A stretch of DNA of 32,000 nucleotides, taken from Pirellula staleyi DSM 6068. GTDB lineage: Bacteria; Planctomycetota; Planctomycetia; Pirellulales; Pirellulaceae. The notes beneath the pieces were generated by a model. That model was not told the DNA's origin and made no database searches. It saw only the letters and a list, made by a program, of their open reading frames with translations. The DNA lies in the NCBI GenBank assembly GCA_000025185.1, contig CP001848.1:5460001-5492000 (forward strand). Direction: 5' to 3'. Of the stretch, positions 17,157-25,516 are shown piece after piece; within the stretch, counting starts at the first letter, position 1; the number at the start of each line of letters is the position of its first letter. The position numbers were made by a program, and so were the translations under genes.

Positions 17157-17645
17157 ATGCCAATCAAACGCGAAAGCCAGCTGGGCGACAAGATTCCGAT
17201 CGACATGACGCCGATGATCGATATCGTGTTCCAGCTCCTCACCTTTTTCATCATGACGCTGAAAATCGCCTCGGTGGAAGGTGACTTCAACATCAAGATG
17301 CCGCTCGCCGCGCCACGCGCTGGCCAGCCCGATCCTGATGTGATTCCACCGATCAAGGTTCGTCTGCGTGCTACATCGTCGGGCGATCTGGCTGACGTGC
17401 TGGTGAACGACACCACCTATGGCACTGGCGACGAAGCTTGGCAACGGGTTCAAGTGCAAGTGGCTGGCCTCGCTCAGGACGGCAGTTTGAGTTCGTCGAT
17501 TGAAGTGGAACTCGACTGCGACTATGGCCTGAAGTACGAAAACGTTATCGCCGCCATCACTGCTGTGTCGGGCAAGCTGGGGCCCGACGGACGAATCATC
17601 AAGCTGGCTGAGAAGATCAAGTTCGCGCCGCCACGGCCGCAGTAA
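17157..17645 (+). CDS. exbD: ExbD/TolR-family protein, divergent paralog 2
   Basis: The N-terminal motif is IPIDMTPMIDIVFQLLTFFIMTL. The C-terminal part is IEVELDCDYGLKYENVIAAITAVSG. An intrinsic terminator follows it. Confidence 0.85.
   Translation: MPIKRESQLGDKIPIDMTPMIDIVFQLLTFFIMTLKIASVEGDFNIKMPLAAPRAGQPDPDVIPPIKVRLRATSSGDLADVLVNDTTYGTGDEAWQRVQVQVAGLAQDGSLSSSIEVELDCDYGLKYENVIAAITAVSGKLGPDGRIIKLAEKIKFAPPRPQ
17196..17261 (+). repeat. 66-nt near-identical core shared with 17916..17981 (exbD paralogs)
   Basis: 63 of 66 nt are identical, and the 3 differences are all synonymous third positions. Similarity falls sharply on both sides. A 26-nt identical run (atcgacatgacgccgatgatcgatat) is also shared with exbD-1 near 16658. 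Confidence 0.8.
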
Positions 17646-17678
17646 TTCAATACGCCCGATCTGTCGCGAGAATCAAGC

Positions 17679-17722
17679 AAACGCGGCCCGCACTTCAATG
17701 GAAGAGCAGGCCGCGTTTTTTC
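17679..17722 (+). terminator. Rho-independent terminator after exbD paralog 2
   Basis: aaacgcggcc (17679-17688) pairs perfectly with ggccgcgttt (17709-17718) around a 20-nt loop. The stem runs into a T-tract (tttttt to 17722), 34 nt after the stop codon. Confidence 0.7.
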
Positions 17723-17879
17723 GTTTCTTGGCTCTATTCACTTACGACCAGCACCGCAGCTTTTGCTTATTAACGACTGATCCAGCTGCAATAAGTTCGG
17801 CGCATGCGGGCGATTGGATGGTTAGAAGGGCGAAGCCATCGCCGCAGACCAAGCCCTAAAAAACGCCGAGGAAAATGTC

Positions 17880-18376
17880 ATGAGCCGCAGCACACCGACG
17901 TTTGGCGAGAAGGTGCCGATCGACATGACGCCGATGATCGACATCGTGTTTCAGCTCCTCACGTTTTTCATCATGACGCTGCAGATCGCGGCCCAAGAGG
18001 GTGACTTCATGGTACGGATGCCGCTAAGTACCGGCGTCCCGCATGAGCCATCACCCGAAACGGCTCCGACTGTTCGTTTGCGGCTGCACGCGACAATGAC
18101 TGGCGATCTGGCCGAAGTTCGGCTGAATGATGTTTCGTACGGCAGTGGCGCAGCTGCTTGGAAGGGGATTCAAAATCAAATCGTTCAGCTGCTGGGAGAT
18201 GGGACGCGCTGCAGGATGCTCTGGAAGTGGAGCTCGATTGCGATGAGCGTTTGAACTACGAAAATGTGATCGCCGCAATCACGGCAGTGTCGGGCCAATC
18301 GACGGTCGATGGGGAACACGTGAAACTGGTGGAGCGGATCAAGTTCGTCGCGCCACGTCCCGTAGCGATCGAGTAA
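17880..18376 (+). pseudogene. third ExbD/TolR paralog interrupted by a 1-nt frameshift (G-run 18201-18203)
   Basis: ORF 17880..18254 encodes the ExbD N-terminus (VPIDMTPMIDIVFQLLTFFIMTL...). ORF 18158..18376, in the -1 register, encodes the ExbD C-terminus (EVELDCDERLNYENVIAAITAVSG...KFVAPRP). Adding one G to GGG at 18201-18203 restores a 165-aa protein colinear with paralog 2. GAGGA lies 8 nt upstream of the ATG. Confidence 0.8.
17916..17981 (+). repeat. 66-nt near-identical core shared with 17196..17261
   Basis: See the partner repeat. The two copies are offset by exactly 720 nt. Confidence 0.8.
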
Positions 18377-18450
18377 CGAGGATTAGATCGCATCTCATTT
18401 TTAGTAGCGGCTGATTCGTCAATTTTCGCTACGATTACAAGCGTCTCGCA

Positions 18451-19395
18451 CTAGGCTCGCGGATGGAACTGCGAGTGAATCTTTTTCAGTCGCGACTGAT
18501 CAACGTGGGTATAGATTTGGGTTGTGCCGATGCTGGCATGTCCCAGCAGCTCTTGCACCTGTCGCAAATCGGCACCTCCACTGAGCAAGTGGGTCGCAAA
18601 ACTGTGCCGCAGTGTGTGTGGGCTCATCGAAGCTGGTGCGCCACAGCGAAGGGCATATTGCTTCACGAGCTCCCAAATTTTTTGGCGTGTCAGTCGCTGA
18701 CCACGGCTCGATAGGAGCAGCCAAGGGGGAACCCCTTGCTTGGACTTGGCGGCGAGTTTTGGACGCTCATGCTCGAGGTAGGCCTCGACAGCGGCGAGTG
18801 CTGGGTCACCCAGCGGGACGAGTCGTTCTTTGCTTCCTTTACCCCGGGCCAGGCAAAAACGATCTTCGATGCGCAGATCGCGGACCTCCATTACACTCAC
18901 TTCCGAGGCGCGACAGCCGGTTGCATAAAGCAGTTCGAGCAGCGCCCGATCGCGGCGGAAGAGGGGATCGTAAGGCTGTGGCGCATCGAGCAGTCGTGCG
19001 GCAACTGTCGGGGAAAGGACATCGGGAATCGTCGCTGCTGTTTTCGTTGTACCGAGGAGTTCCGCAGGATTGTCTTTAATGATCCCTTCGAGCTGCAGGT
19101 AGCGCAAGAAGAGCTTGAGAGTCACCACGTGTCGCGCGATCGACTTGGGATCGAGATTTTCCTCGCGCATGAAGGCGAGGTAGTCGGTCAGATCGCGCAC
19201 GGTGAGCTTGGGAATAAACCGATCCCCCAGCCACCGACAAAAACGGGTCATGTCGCGCTGGTAGGCCGCCACGCTGTTCTTGGCGAGGTGGCATTCGGTC
19301 CGCAGATACTCGATGAAACTGCGCGCCCAGCGATCTCCTTGGCCAGCGCCAGCAACAGCGGCAGGAACGACCAATTTCGGCTTTAGAGGGCGCAT
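18451..19395 (-). CDS. xerD: tyrosine site-specific recombinase, XerD-like
   Basis: The N-terminal SAM-like domain is FIEYLRTECHLAKNSVAAYQRDMTRF. The catalytic domain has ATGCRASE, HTLRHSFATHLL and LGHASIGTTQIYTHV (catalytic Tyr). The 314-aa size is typical of chromosomal Xer recombinases. Confidence 0.85.
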   Translation of the reverse strand: MRPLKPKLVVPAAVAGAGQGDRWARSFIEYLRTECHLAKNSVAAYQRDMTRFCRWLGDRFIPKLTVRDLTDYLAFMREENLDPKSIARHVVTLKLFLRYLQLEGIIKDNPAELLGTTKTAATIPDVLSPTVAARLLDAPQPYDPLFRRDRALLELLYATGCRASEVSVMEVRDLRIEDRFCLARGKGSKERLVPLGDPALAAVEAYLEHERPKLAAKSKQGVPPWLLLSSRGQRLTRQKIWELVKQYALRCGAPASMSPHTLRHSFATHLLSGGADLRQVQELLGHASIGTTQIYTHVDQSRLKKIHSQFHPRA

Positions 19396-19632
19396 CTCGG
19401 CAAACTCCGGGGGGAATATCTCTCGTCGCTATTCTTCGGACCATGGCGGTTCGTCTCGCGACCCCACTGACGTTTTTGACGATCGTGCGAGATTTCGGCA
19501 GGCGAATGCCCCCAGGAACTAGCCGCAGAAGCCCCCCAGACGGAACGGCCGGTGCTGGTGCAAGACAGCCTCGGTCGGTAGATTCGCGGCTGAGAGATCG
19601 CGACGGAACAGGGCAGGGGAGAGGACCAGGCA

Positions 19633-20616
19633 ATGCGACTTTTGGTGATTGGTGGGGCAGGCTACGTCGGCTCACATGGCGTGCGTGTGCTCGAAGGGGC
19701 AGGGCACGAGGTTTGGGTGTACGACAACTTGTCGCGTGGACATCGTAGCGCCGCCCGTGCCGATCGTTTGATCGTCGGGAGCTTGCACGATCAGCCGCTG
19801 CTCGAATCGGTCTTGCGCGATCGGCAAATTGATGCCGTCTTGCACTACGCAGCGTTCGCACTGGTGGGCGAATCCGTTGGCAATCCGGCGATGTACTATC
19901 ACAACAACGTGATCGGTAGCTATCACCTGCTGGAAGCGATGCGCGCCAGCGGTGTGCAGAACTTGATCTTCAGCAGCACGACCGCCATTTTTGGTGAGCC
20001 TGAGAAGACTCCGATTGCCGAGCACTTTCCCAAGCAGCCAATCAATCCGTACGGGTTCACCAAGCTGGTGATGGAGCGGATGCTCGATGACTACGCGCAG
20101 GCGTATGGGATGTCGTTTGTCGCGCTCCGCTATTTCAACGCAGCAGGCGCACACCCCAGTGGCGAGATTGGTGAAGACCATACTCCTGAATCGCATCTCA
20201 TTCCGATCGTGCTGCAAGTGGCACTCGGGCAGCGCGAGAAAATCACGATCTACGGCAACGACTATCCGACTCTCGATGGCACCTGCATTCGCGACTACAT
20301 TCACGTCGATGATCTTGCCGACGCCCATTTGCTTGCGCTCGATCACTTTGCTCCGGGCAAGGGACTCAAGCTGAATCTCGGCACAGGGCGCGGGCATAGT
20401 GTGAAGGAAGTGATCGACTGCTGTCGCGCAGTGACCGGGCATCCTATTCAGGCAGAGGTTGGCGAGCGTCGTCCCGGCGATCCCTCGGCGCTAGTTGCCG
20501 ATCCAACACTCGCCAAGAAGACGCTCGGCTGGCAACCGCGTTACAACACGCTGCTGCCCATCGTCGAAACGGCCTGGAACTGGCATCAGAAGCATCCGCA
20601 CGGCTATGGCGATTGA
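19633..20616 (+). CDS. galE: UDP-glucose 4-epimerase
   Basis: The Rossmann motif is MRLLVIGGAGYVGSH. The catalytic motif is YGFTKLVME (YxxxK). RYFNAAGA and DGTCIRDYIHVDDLA are also present. Length is 327 aa. Confidence 0.92.
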   Translation: MRLLVIGGAGYVGSHGVRVLEGAGHEVWVYDNLSRGHRSAARADRLIVGSLHDQPLLESVLRDRQIDAVLHYAAFALVGESVGNPAMYYHNNVIGSYHLLEAMRASGVQNLIFSSTTAIFGEPEKTPIAEHFPKQPINPYGFTKLVMERMLDDYAQAYGMSFVALRYFNAAGAHPSGEIGEDHTPESHLIPIVLQVALGQREKITIYGNDYPTLDGTCIRDYIHVDDLADAHLLALDHFAPGKGLKLNLGTGRGHSVKEVIDCCRAVTGHPIQAEVGERRPGDPSALVADPTLAKKTLGWQPRYNTLLPIVETAWNWHQKHPHGYGD

Positions 20617-20751
20617 TGCTTGCCCGTCATCTCGATCCGTCGCTCTCGTTGAACTAGTCCGACGCTCGTCACTGTTTTGGAGCGGCTATTTCGTCAATTT
20701 CCGCTAGGATTACTCGCGCCACGCACCTGGAATCTCGCAGCCTCCCATCGC

Positions 20752-21993
20752 ATGCAGAACATCATTGTCGAGAAGCCGTATCGGTTTGTCCCTCCGTATC
20801 GCGGCACGTTCTGGTCGACGGTGCTGCGTTGGATCAAAGTGCACGAGTACTACTTGCGCAAGACTGAAGGGGTCGAGTCGTACGAAATTCGCCATCTCGA
20901 TCGGCTCGAAAAATCGATCGCCGATGGCCATGGCATTCTACTGACACCGAATCATCCGCGCACCGCCGATCCACTAGCGATGGGGTGGCTGGCCACCGAT
21001 GCAAAGTGCCATTTCTACGCGATGGCGAGCTGGCATCTCTTCAATCAAGACAAGCTGTCGGCCTGGGCCATCAATCGCATGGGTGGCTTCAGCATCAATC
21101 GCGAAGGTGTCGACCGGCAAGCAATTAATACAGCGATCGACCTGATTGTTGAAGCCAAACGCGCGATGGTGATTTTTCCGGAAGGGGCCACTAGTCGTAC
21201 GAGTGATCGCCTGCAAGCGATGCTCGAAGGAGTCGCGTTTATTGCCAGATCGGCCGCAAAAAAACGCGCGAAGCTATCGCCCGACAAGAAGGTGGTCGTC
21301 CATCCAATTGCGATTAAGTACTACTATCGTGGCGATCTCGAAAAACTTGCCGACGAGATGCTCACCGACATCGAGCATCGATTGTCGTGGCGACCGCAGC
21401 GCGACTTACCACTCCTGTCGCGCATCGGTAAAGTCGCGGGCGCTTTGCTGTCGCTCAAAGAGATCGAATATCTTGGTGAAGCACGCTCGGGAAAGCTCGA
21501 ACCACGCTTGAACTTTCTGATCAACCATCTGCTTGGGCCCATCGAGCTCAAATGGCTCGGAAGCGAGCAATCGGGGCCGGTGGTGCCGCGCGTTCGTGCG
21601 CTGCGTGTGAAGATTCTTCCCGACCTTACGGAAAGCCGCTGCGATGAAGCAGAACGGACGCGGCGCTGGAAAGATCTGTCCGACATTTATCTGGCCCAGC
21701 AGCTCGCCTGCTATCCCCCCGACTATCTGGCGAGCTATCCGAGTCGCGATCGCATCCTCGAGATTCTCGAAAAGTTCGAAGAGGATCTCACCGACAAAGT
21801 ACGAGTGCATGGGGGTCTGCACTGCGTGATCTGGGTGGGGGAAGCGATTGAGGTTTCGCCCGAACGAACGCGCGGGCTCGAGTACGATCCCCTCATGCAG
21901 CAGATCGTCGATCGACTGACCGAAATGGTGGCAGTCCTCGCGAAAGAATCGGCACTCGTGCCGGGCTACGAACCGGCAGCATCTTCCACTTAG
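20752..21993 (+). CDS. PlsC-type (lysophospholipid/glycerol-phosphate) acyltransferase with long C-terminal extension
   Basis: The HX4D motif NHPRTAD lies at 20950-20970, and the FPEGATSRT motif is present. The chosen start is ATG 20752 (MQNIIVEKPYRF). An alternative TTG at 20677 would add 25 aa. Confidence 0.75.
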   Translation: MQNIIVEKPYRFVPPYRGTFWSTVLRWIKVHEYYLRKTEGVESYEIRHLDRLEKSIADGHGILLTPNHPRTADPLAMGWLATDAKCHFYAMASWHLFNQDKLSAWAINRMGGFSINREGVDRQAINTAIDLIVEAKRAMVIFPEGATSRTSDRLQAMLEGVAFIARSAAKKRAKLSPDKKVVVHPIAIKYYYRGDLEKLADEMLTDIEHRLSWRPQRDLPLLSRIGKVAGALLSLKEIEYLGEARSGKLEPRLNFLINHLLGPIELKWLGSEQSGPVVPRVRALRVKILPDLTESRCDEAERTRRWKDLSDIYLAQQLACYPPDYLASYPSRDRILEILEKFEEDLTDKVRVHGGLHCVIWVGEAIEVSPERTRGLEYDPLMQQIVDRLTEMVAVLAKESALVPGYEPAASST

Positions 21994-22005
21994 CAAGATG
22001 CCGCG

Positions 22006-24450
22006 CTACTCGTAGAGTGGTGTAATGACCCCGGTCGATGTTTGCGCAGTCGGTAGCCAAACGAGAATCACACTGTCGATATCGCAGTCGGCCTTCTTCG
22101 GCGCGATCTCCACTTGCTCGAGGTTTACGGCATCTGCCTGAAACTGATCTTGCAGCTTCTTCGTTTCGTCCTGAAACTCCGTCTCGAGCGTTTTGAGTTT
22201 CTCGACGCATGCCTCTACCGAATCTTCTGCTTGCGAGATGTCTTGCCGTTCGCGAGCCGCGCGGCTGATCGATTTCATCCCGGTCGAAGCGCGGCCGAGG
22301 TTCGTGGACGAAGCAAGTTTTCGGCCAAACATGGCTCCAAGAATGCTCGTACCAATTGAGACGACACTGCTCATCATCTGCTCATTGGCCTGTGCTTTTT
22401 CCTTCGCCACCTTTTGCTCGGCCTTGCGAATCGCTTCCTGCGCAGAAGCCAGCTTGGGGGCATACTTGGTATGCAATTTTGCAATCGCCAAATCGCGTGC
22501 CTCGCGCAGCTGCTGACCGATCTTGAGGCGGAATTCTGCCTCAGTCTCACCCACCGATGACGAAAGCTTGATCGCCGCGCATTTCCAAATCGAGAGCCGC
22601 CGCGAGCGATACAGAAAGTCCTTCGCAGCCGTTGTCAGCTCGGTATATTTTTTTGCACGCGAAAATTCACCCGGGAGTGCCCCAAAAGCCGCACTCGCAT
22701 CGGGTGAGGCTTCGAACTCGATCCCACTTTCGCTCACGTTGCTGCTGCCACTCCAGACATCACTCGCAGCACCCTCGGTGGCCGCAGCCAACAGCAGCAC
22801 CTTCTCAGAGTGCGATATTCCAAGCGTATTTTGCACAAAATGAACCGTACCACTCGCCAGCAACGCAGGTTGATAGACGAGTTTCGAGTCGGCTGGAAGG
22901 CTCTTTCGTGCTGGTACAAATTGCTCTTTCACATCCGGTGGAAGGACCGGCCGCGTCTGCGCGCTGCTGGTGGCCGCCGCCGCTGAGTTCGCCACGACAG
23001 CCGCCGCGCTACGAACGGTCGCTGCGGGCAAACTTTCCTTGCGCGACTGCATCAAGCCACTGATTTGCTGACGCGTCAGAGGCCCCCGCAAATAGGAAAG
23101 CGCCCACCGCGTTTGAAAGACGACCGGCGCATCATCGTGCACGTTGTTGAGCAGGAAGACGCGATTGCCAAGCCCCGAAAGAATCGCTTCCATTTCGCTT
23201 CGATTGAATGTTTGTCCCGCAGCGGTCGAGGCTCCTTCGAGTCCATCGAGCACACGCATTTTATCGCGTTCGGTTTGCAATCGTCCGAGGAACCAGGTAC
23301 CGCAGTTGGCCAGCCCTTTGTAGTCGAGATCGACCGGGTTTTGCGTCGCAAGCACGACACCAAGACCAAACGCGCGGGCCTGCTTGAGCAGCGTCAGCAT
23401 CGGCAGCTTCGACGGTGGATTGGCCGTGGGAGGGAAGTAGCCGAAGACTTCGTCCATGTAGAGGATCGCGCGCAGGCTCGATGTTCCTGCCTGACTGCGC
23501 ATCCAGCCGAGTGTGGCATTGAGCAGCAGGGTTACGAAGAACATCCGCTCGCTATCGCTCAGATGCGCGATCGAAATGATCGCTAGTCGCGGCCGACCTT
23601 CAGGCGTGTAGAGCAATTGCTGGATGTCGAGCGGCTGACCTTCCATCCAGGTCGAAAATCCGGGCGATGCGAGCAAGTTATTCAGTCGCATCGCGAGCGC
23701 AAAACGATCCTTCGCCGCATAGAAACTTTCAAGATCGATCACACCAACGCGCTCGATCGGGGGAGACTGGATCAGCCGCACGAGATCGGCAACCGCGACA
23801 TCCTTTCCTTCGCACCAACTTCGATCGAGAATGTTGGAGAGGAGGATATGTTCGCGCGACTGCAGCGGATCGGCTTCGATTCCGAGTAGCCCGAGCAGTC
23901 CCGAAACCGCTGCTGTAATCGTGTCGCGCAAGCTTTCACTGTTTTCGAGTGTCGCCGCGCCGGGACAAGCAAAACTACGCAGTACCGCCAACGGCAAGCC
24001 GCTGCTGCTGCCCGGTGTATAGATCGCTACATCTGCCGACTTCTTGAACCGCTCGATACGCGAGGGATCTTGCCCCCAAGCAGCGAGCCCCTCGCGATAT
24101 TTGGCGGCTGTCTTCGCGGCATATTCTTCGACGGTGCAGCCCGCGCGGGTCGCTTCAGCAGGCTCAATCCAAGGTTGAAAATCGCTCGGCTCGAGATTGG
24201 GGAATGTCAGCAGAAGATTGCCCAGATCCCCCTTGGGATCGATGATCAGCGCCGGTATCCCATCAATCGCAGCCTCTTCGAGCAGCGACAAACAAAGACC
24301 TGTTTTGCCACTCCCTGTCATGCCGACACAAACTGCGTGGGTCGTGAGATCTTTGGTGTCGTACAGCAGCAACTGCTCTTTGGGCGCTGCAGCGGCAAGA
24401 TCGTATTCGCGTCCGAGATAAAAAACACCAAGGCGTTCGTAGTCTTGCAT
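22006..24450 (-). CDS. HerA/FtsK-superfamily P-loop ATPase with C-terminal coiled-coil region
   Basis: The start is chosen at MQDYERLGVFYLGREYDL (ATG 24450). Walker A is VGMTGSGKTGL (about 24298-24324), followed by IIDPKGDL. Walker B is AILYMDEVFGYFPP. ATQNPVDLDYKGLANCGTWFLGRLQTERDK is typical of HerA-like ATPases. The C-terminal about 200 aa is coiled-coil (KAEQKVAKEKAQANEQ ... KLKTLETEFQDETKKLQDQF) with a short hydrophobic patch. Confidence 0.8.
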   Translation of the reverse strand: MQDYERLGVFYLGREYDLAAAAPKEQLLLYDTKDLTTHAVCVGMTGSGKTGLCLSLLEEAAIDGIPALIIDPKGDLGNLLLTFPNLEPSDFQPWIEPAEATRAGCTVEEYAAKTAAKYREGLAAWGQDPSRIERFKKSADVAIYTPGSSSGLPLAVLRSFACPGAATLENSESLRDTITAAVSGLLGLLGIEADPLQSREHILLSNILDRSWCEGKDVAVADLVRLIQSPPIERVGVIDLESFYAAKDRFALAMRLNNLLASPGFSTWMEGQPLDIQQLLYTPEGRPRLAIISIAHLSDSERMFFVTLLLNATLGWMRSQAGTSSLRAILYMDEVFGYFPPTANPPSKLPMLTLLKQARAFGLGVVLATQNPVDLDYKGLANCGTWFLGRLQTERDKMRVLDGLEGASTAAGQTFNRSEMEAILSGLGNRVFLLNNVHDDAPVVFQTRWALSYLRGPLTRQQISGLMQSRKESLPAATVRSAAAVVANSAAAATSSAQTRPVLPPDVKEQFVPARKSLPADSKLVYQPALLASGTVHFVQNTLGISHSEKVLLLAAATEGAASDVWSGSSNVSESGIEFEASPDASAAFGALPGEFSRAKKYTELTTAAKDFLYRSRRLSIWKCAAIKLSSSVGETEAEFRLKIGQQLREARDLAIAKLHTKYAPKLASAQEAIRKAEQKVAKEKAQANEQMMSSVVSIGTSILGAMFGRKLASSTNLGRASTGMKSISRAARERQDISQAEDSVEACVEKLKTLETEFQDETKKLQDQFQADAVNLEQVEIAPKKADCDIDSVILVWLPTAQTSTGVITPLYE

Positions 24451-24677
24451 GATTAATCGGCGCAGGTCGATGAAGAGAGTTGTGAGAAGAGTGCTTCCAT
24501 TATAGAAGTCGGCTAGCCAACTCGCACCGGTCCAGTCAGCAAAGAAATGCGCACGAAAAAACGGGAGCCAGCGACATCGATCAAGGATCGACAGTGCACC
24601 AGCTCCCGTCAATTTTTACGCGCCGTATTTTTTGTGGGGCCTATCAGCCGAAATCAACAAAAAGCGGCTGAAGCCAA

Positions 24678-25283
24678 CTATTTGGCGGCAGCAAAGCGGC
24701 GAGCCACTTCGTTCCAATTCACGATGTTCCAGAACGCAGCGATGTAGTCGGGGCGGCGATTCTGATAGTTCAGGTAGTAAGCGTGTTCCCACACGTCGAG
24801 GCCGAGGATCGGCGTACGACCTTCCATGATGGGGCTATCTTGGTTCGGAGTGCTCTCGACGATCAGCTTGCCCCCCGAAACGCTGAGCCAAGCCCAGCCG
24901 CTACCAAAACGAGTTGCACCAGCCTTGGCGAAGGCTTCTTTGAACGTGTCGAAGCTGCCGAAGGTGCTGGTGATGGCATCGCCGAGTTCGCCCGATGGAG
25001 TACCGCCAGCTCCGGGGCCGAGAATGGTCCAGAAGAGCGAGTGGTTCGCATGACCACCTGCATTGTTGCGGACAGTGGCGCGAATGTTCTCGGGAACTTT
25101 GCTGAGATCGGCGATCAAAGCTTCCACGCTGAGCGATTCGAGTTCGCTGCCAGCCAGGGCGTTGTTAGCGTTGGTGATGTAGGCCTGGTGATGCTTCGTG
25201 TGATGGATTTCCATCGTTTTGGCATCGATGTAAGGCTCGAGAGCGTTTGTAGCGTAAGGGAGAGCAGGGAGTGTGAAAGCCAT
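24678..25283 (-). CDS. sodA: superoxide dismutase, Mn-type signature
   Basis: [10 protein letters not shown]...[29 protein letters not shown] and [22 protein letters not shown] closely resemble E. coli SodA. AAGGAG lies 6 nt upstream of ATG 25283. The upstream ATG at 25298 would overlap this SD. Confidence 0.95.
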   Translation of the reverse strand: MAFTLPALPYATNALEPYIDAKTMEIHHTKHHQAYITNANNALAGSELESLSVEALIADLSKVPENIRATVRNNAGGHANHSLFWTILGPGAGGTPSGELGDAITSTFGSFDTFKEAFAKAGATRFGSGWAWLSVSGGKLIVESTPNQDSPIMEGRTPILGLDVWEHAYYLNYQNRRPDYIAAFWNIVNWNEVARRFAAAK

Positions 25284-25516
25284 CAGGGGCTCCTTCAAAG
25301 AAAATACATCGGTACTGGCGAAAGCCAGCGGGTAGATCGGTTAAACGCGTGGCGGACGTGGATTCGTGTCCACCAGCTCAAACTCTGCGTGTCGGCGAGA
25401 ATACTCCACAACTGCTGGGGGAGCAATTGGGGACCGACATGCCAGGGCGATGCTGGAGCTTGCCAGCATCGCAGTTGACTCATCATACAGCCTTAGGCAA
25501 GAGCATGCCGACGCTG

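Noticed and set aside
15516-17459. Long minus-strand ORFs (15516..16259, 15887..16387, 16605..17459) opposite exbB/exbD
   Set aside because: They are antisense shadows of genes with clear family motifs, and carry no motifs of their own.
18451-19395. The tyrosine recombinase as a marker of an integrated mobile element or island
   Set aside because: Its size and motifs match a chromosomal XerD-type recombinase. There are no flanking direct repeats, no tRNA fragment duplication, and no phage, transposon or conjugation genes nearby. Neighbouring genes are housekeeping.
19076-19861. 261-aa minus-strand ORF spanning the xerD-galE divergent region
   Set aside because: It overlaps the 5' ends of two well-supported genes. 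The translation is Arg/Ser/Pro-rich and unlike a real protein.
24451-24612. 54-codon N-terminal extension of the HerA-like ATPase
   Set aside because: The extension (MTGAGALSILDRCRWLPFF...) has no counterpart in the conserved family start I recall (MQDYE.LG.FYLG). It is probably untranslated leader.
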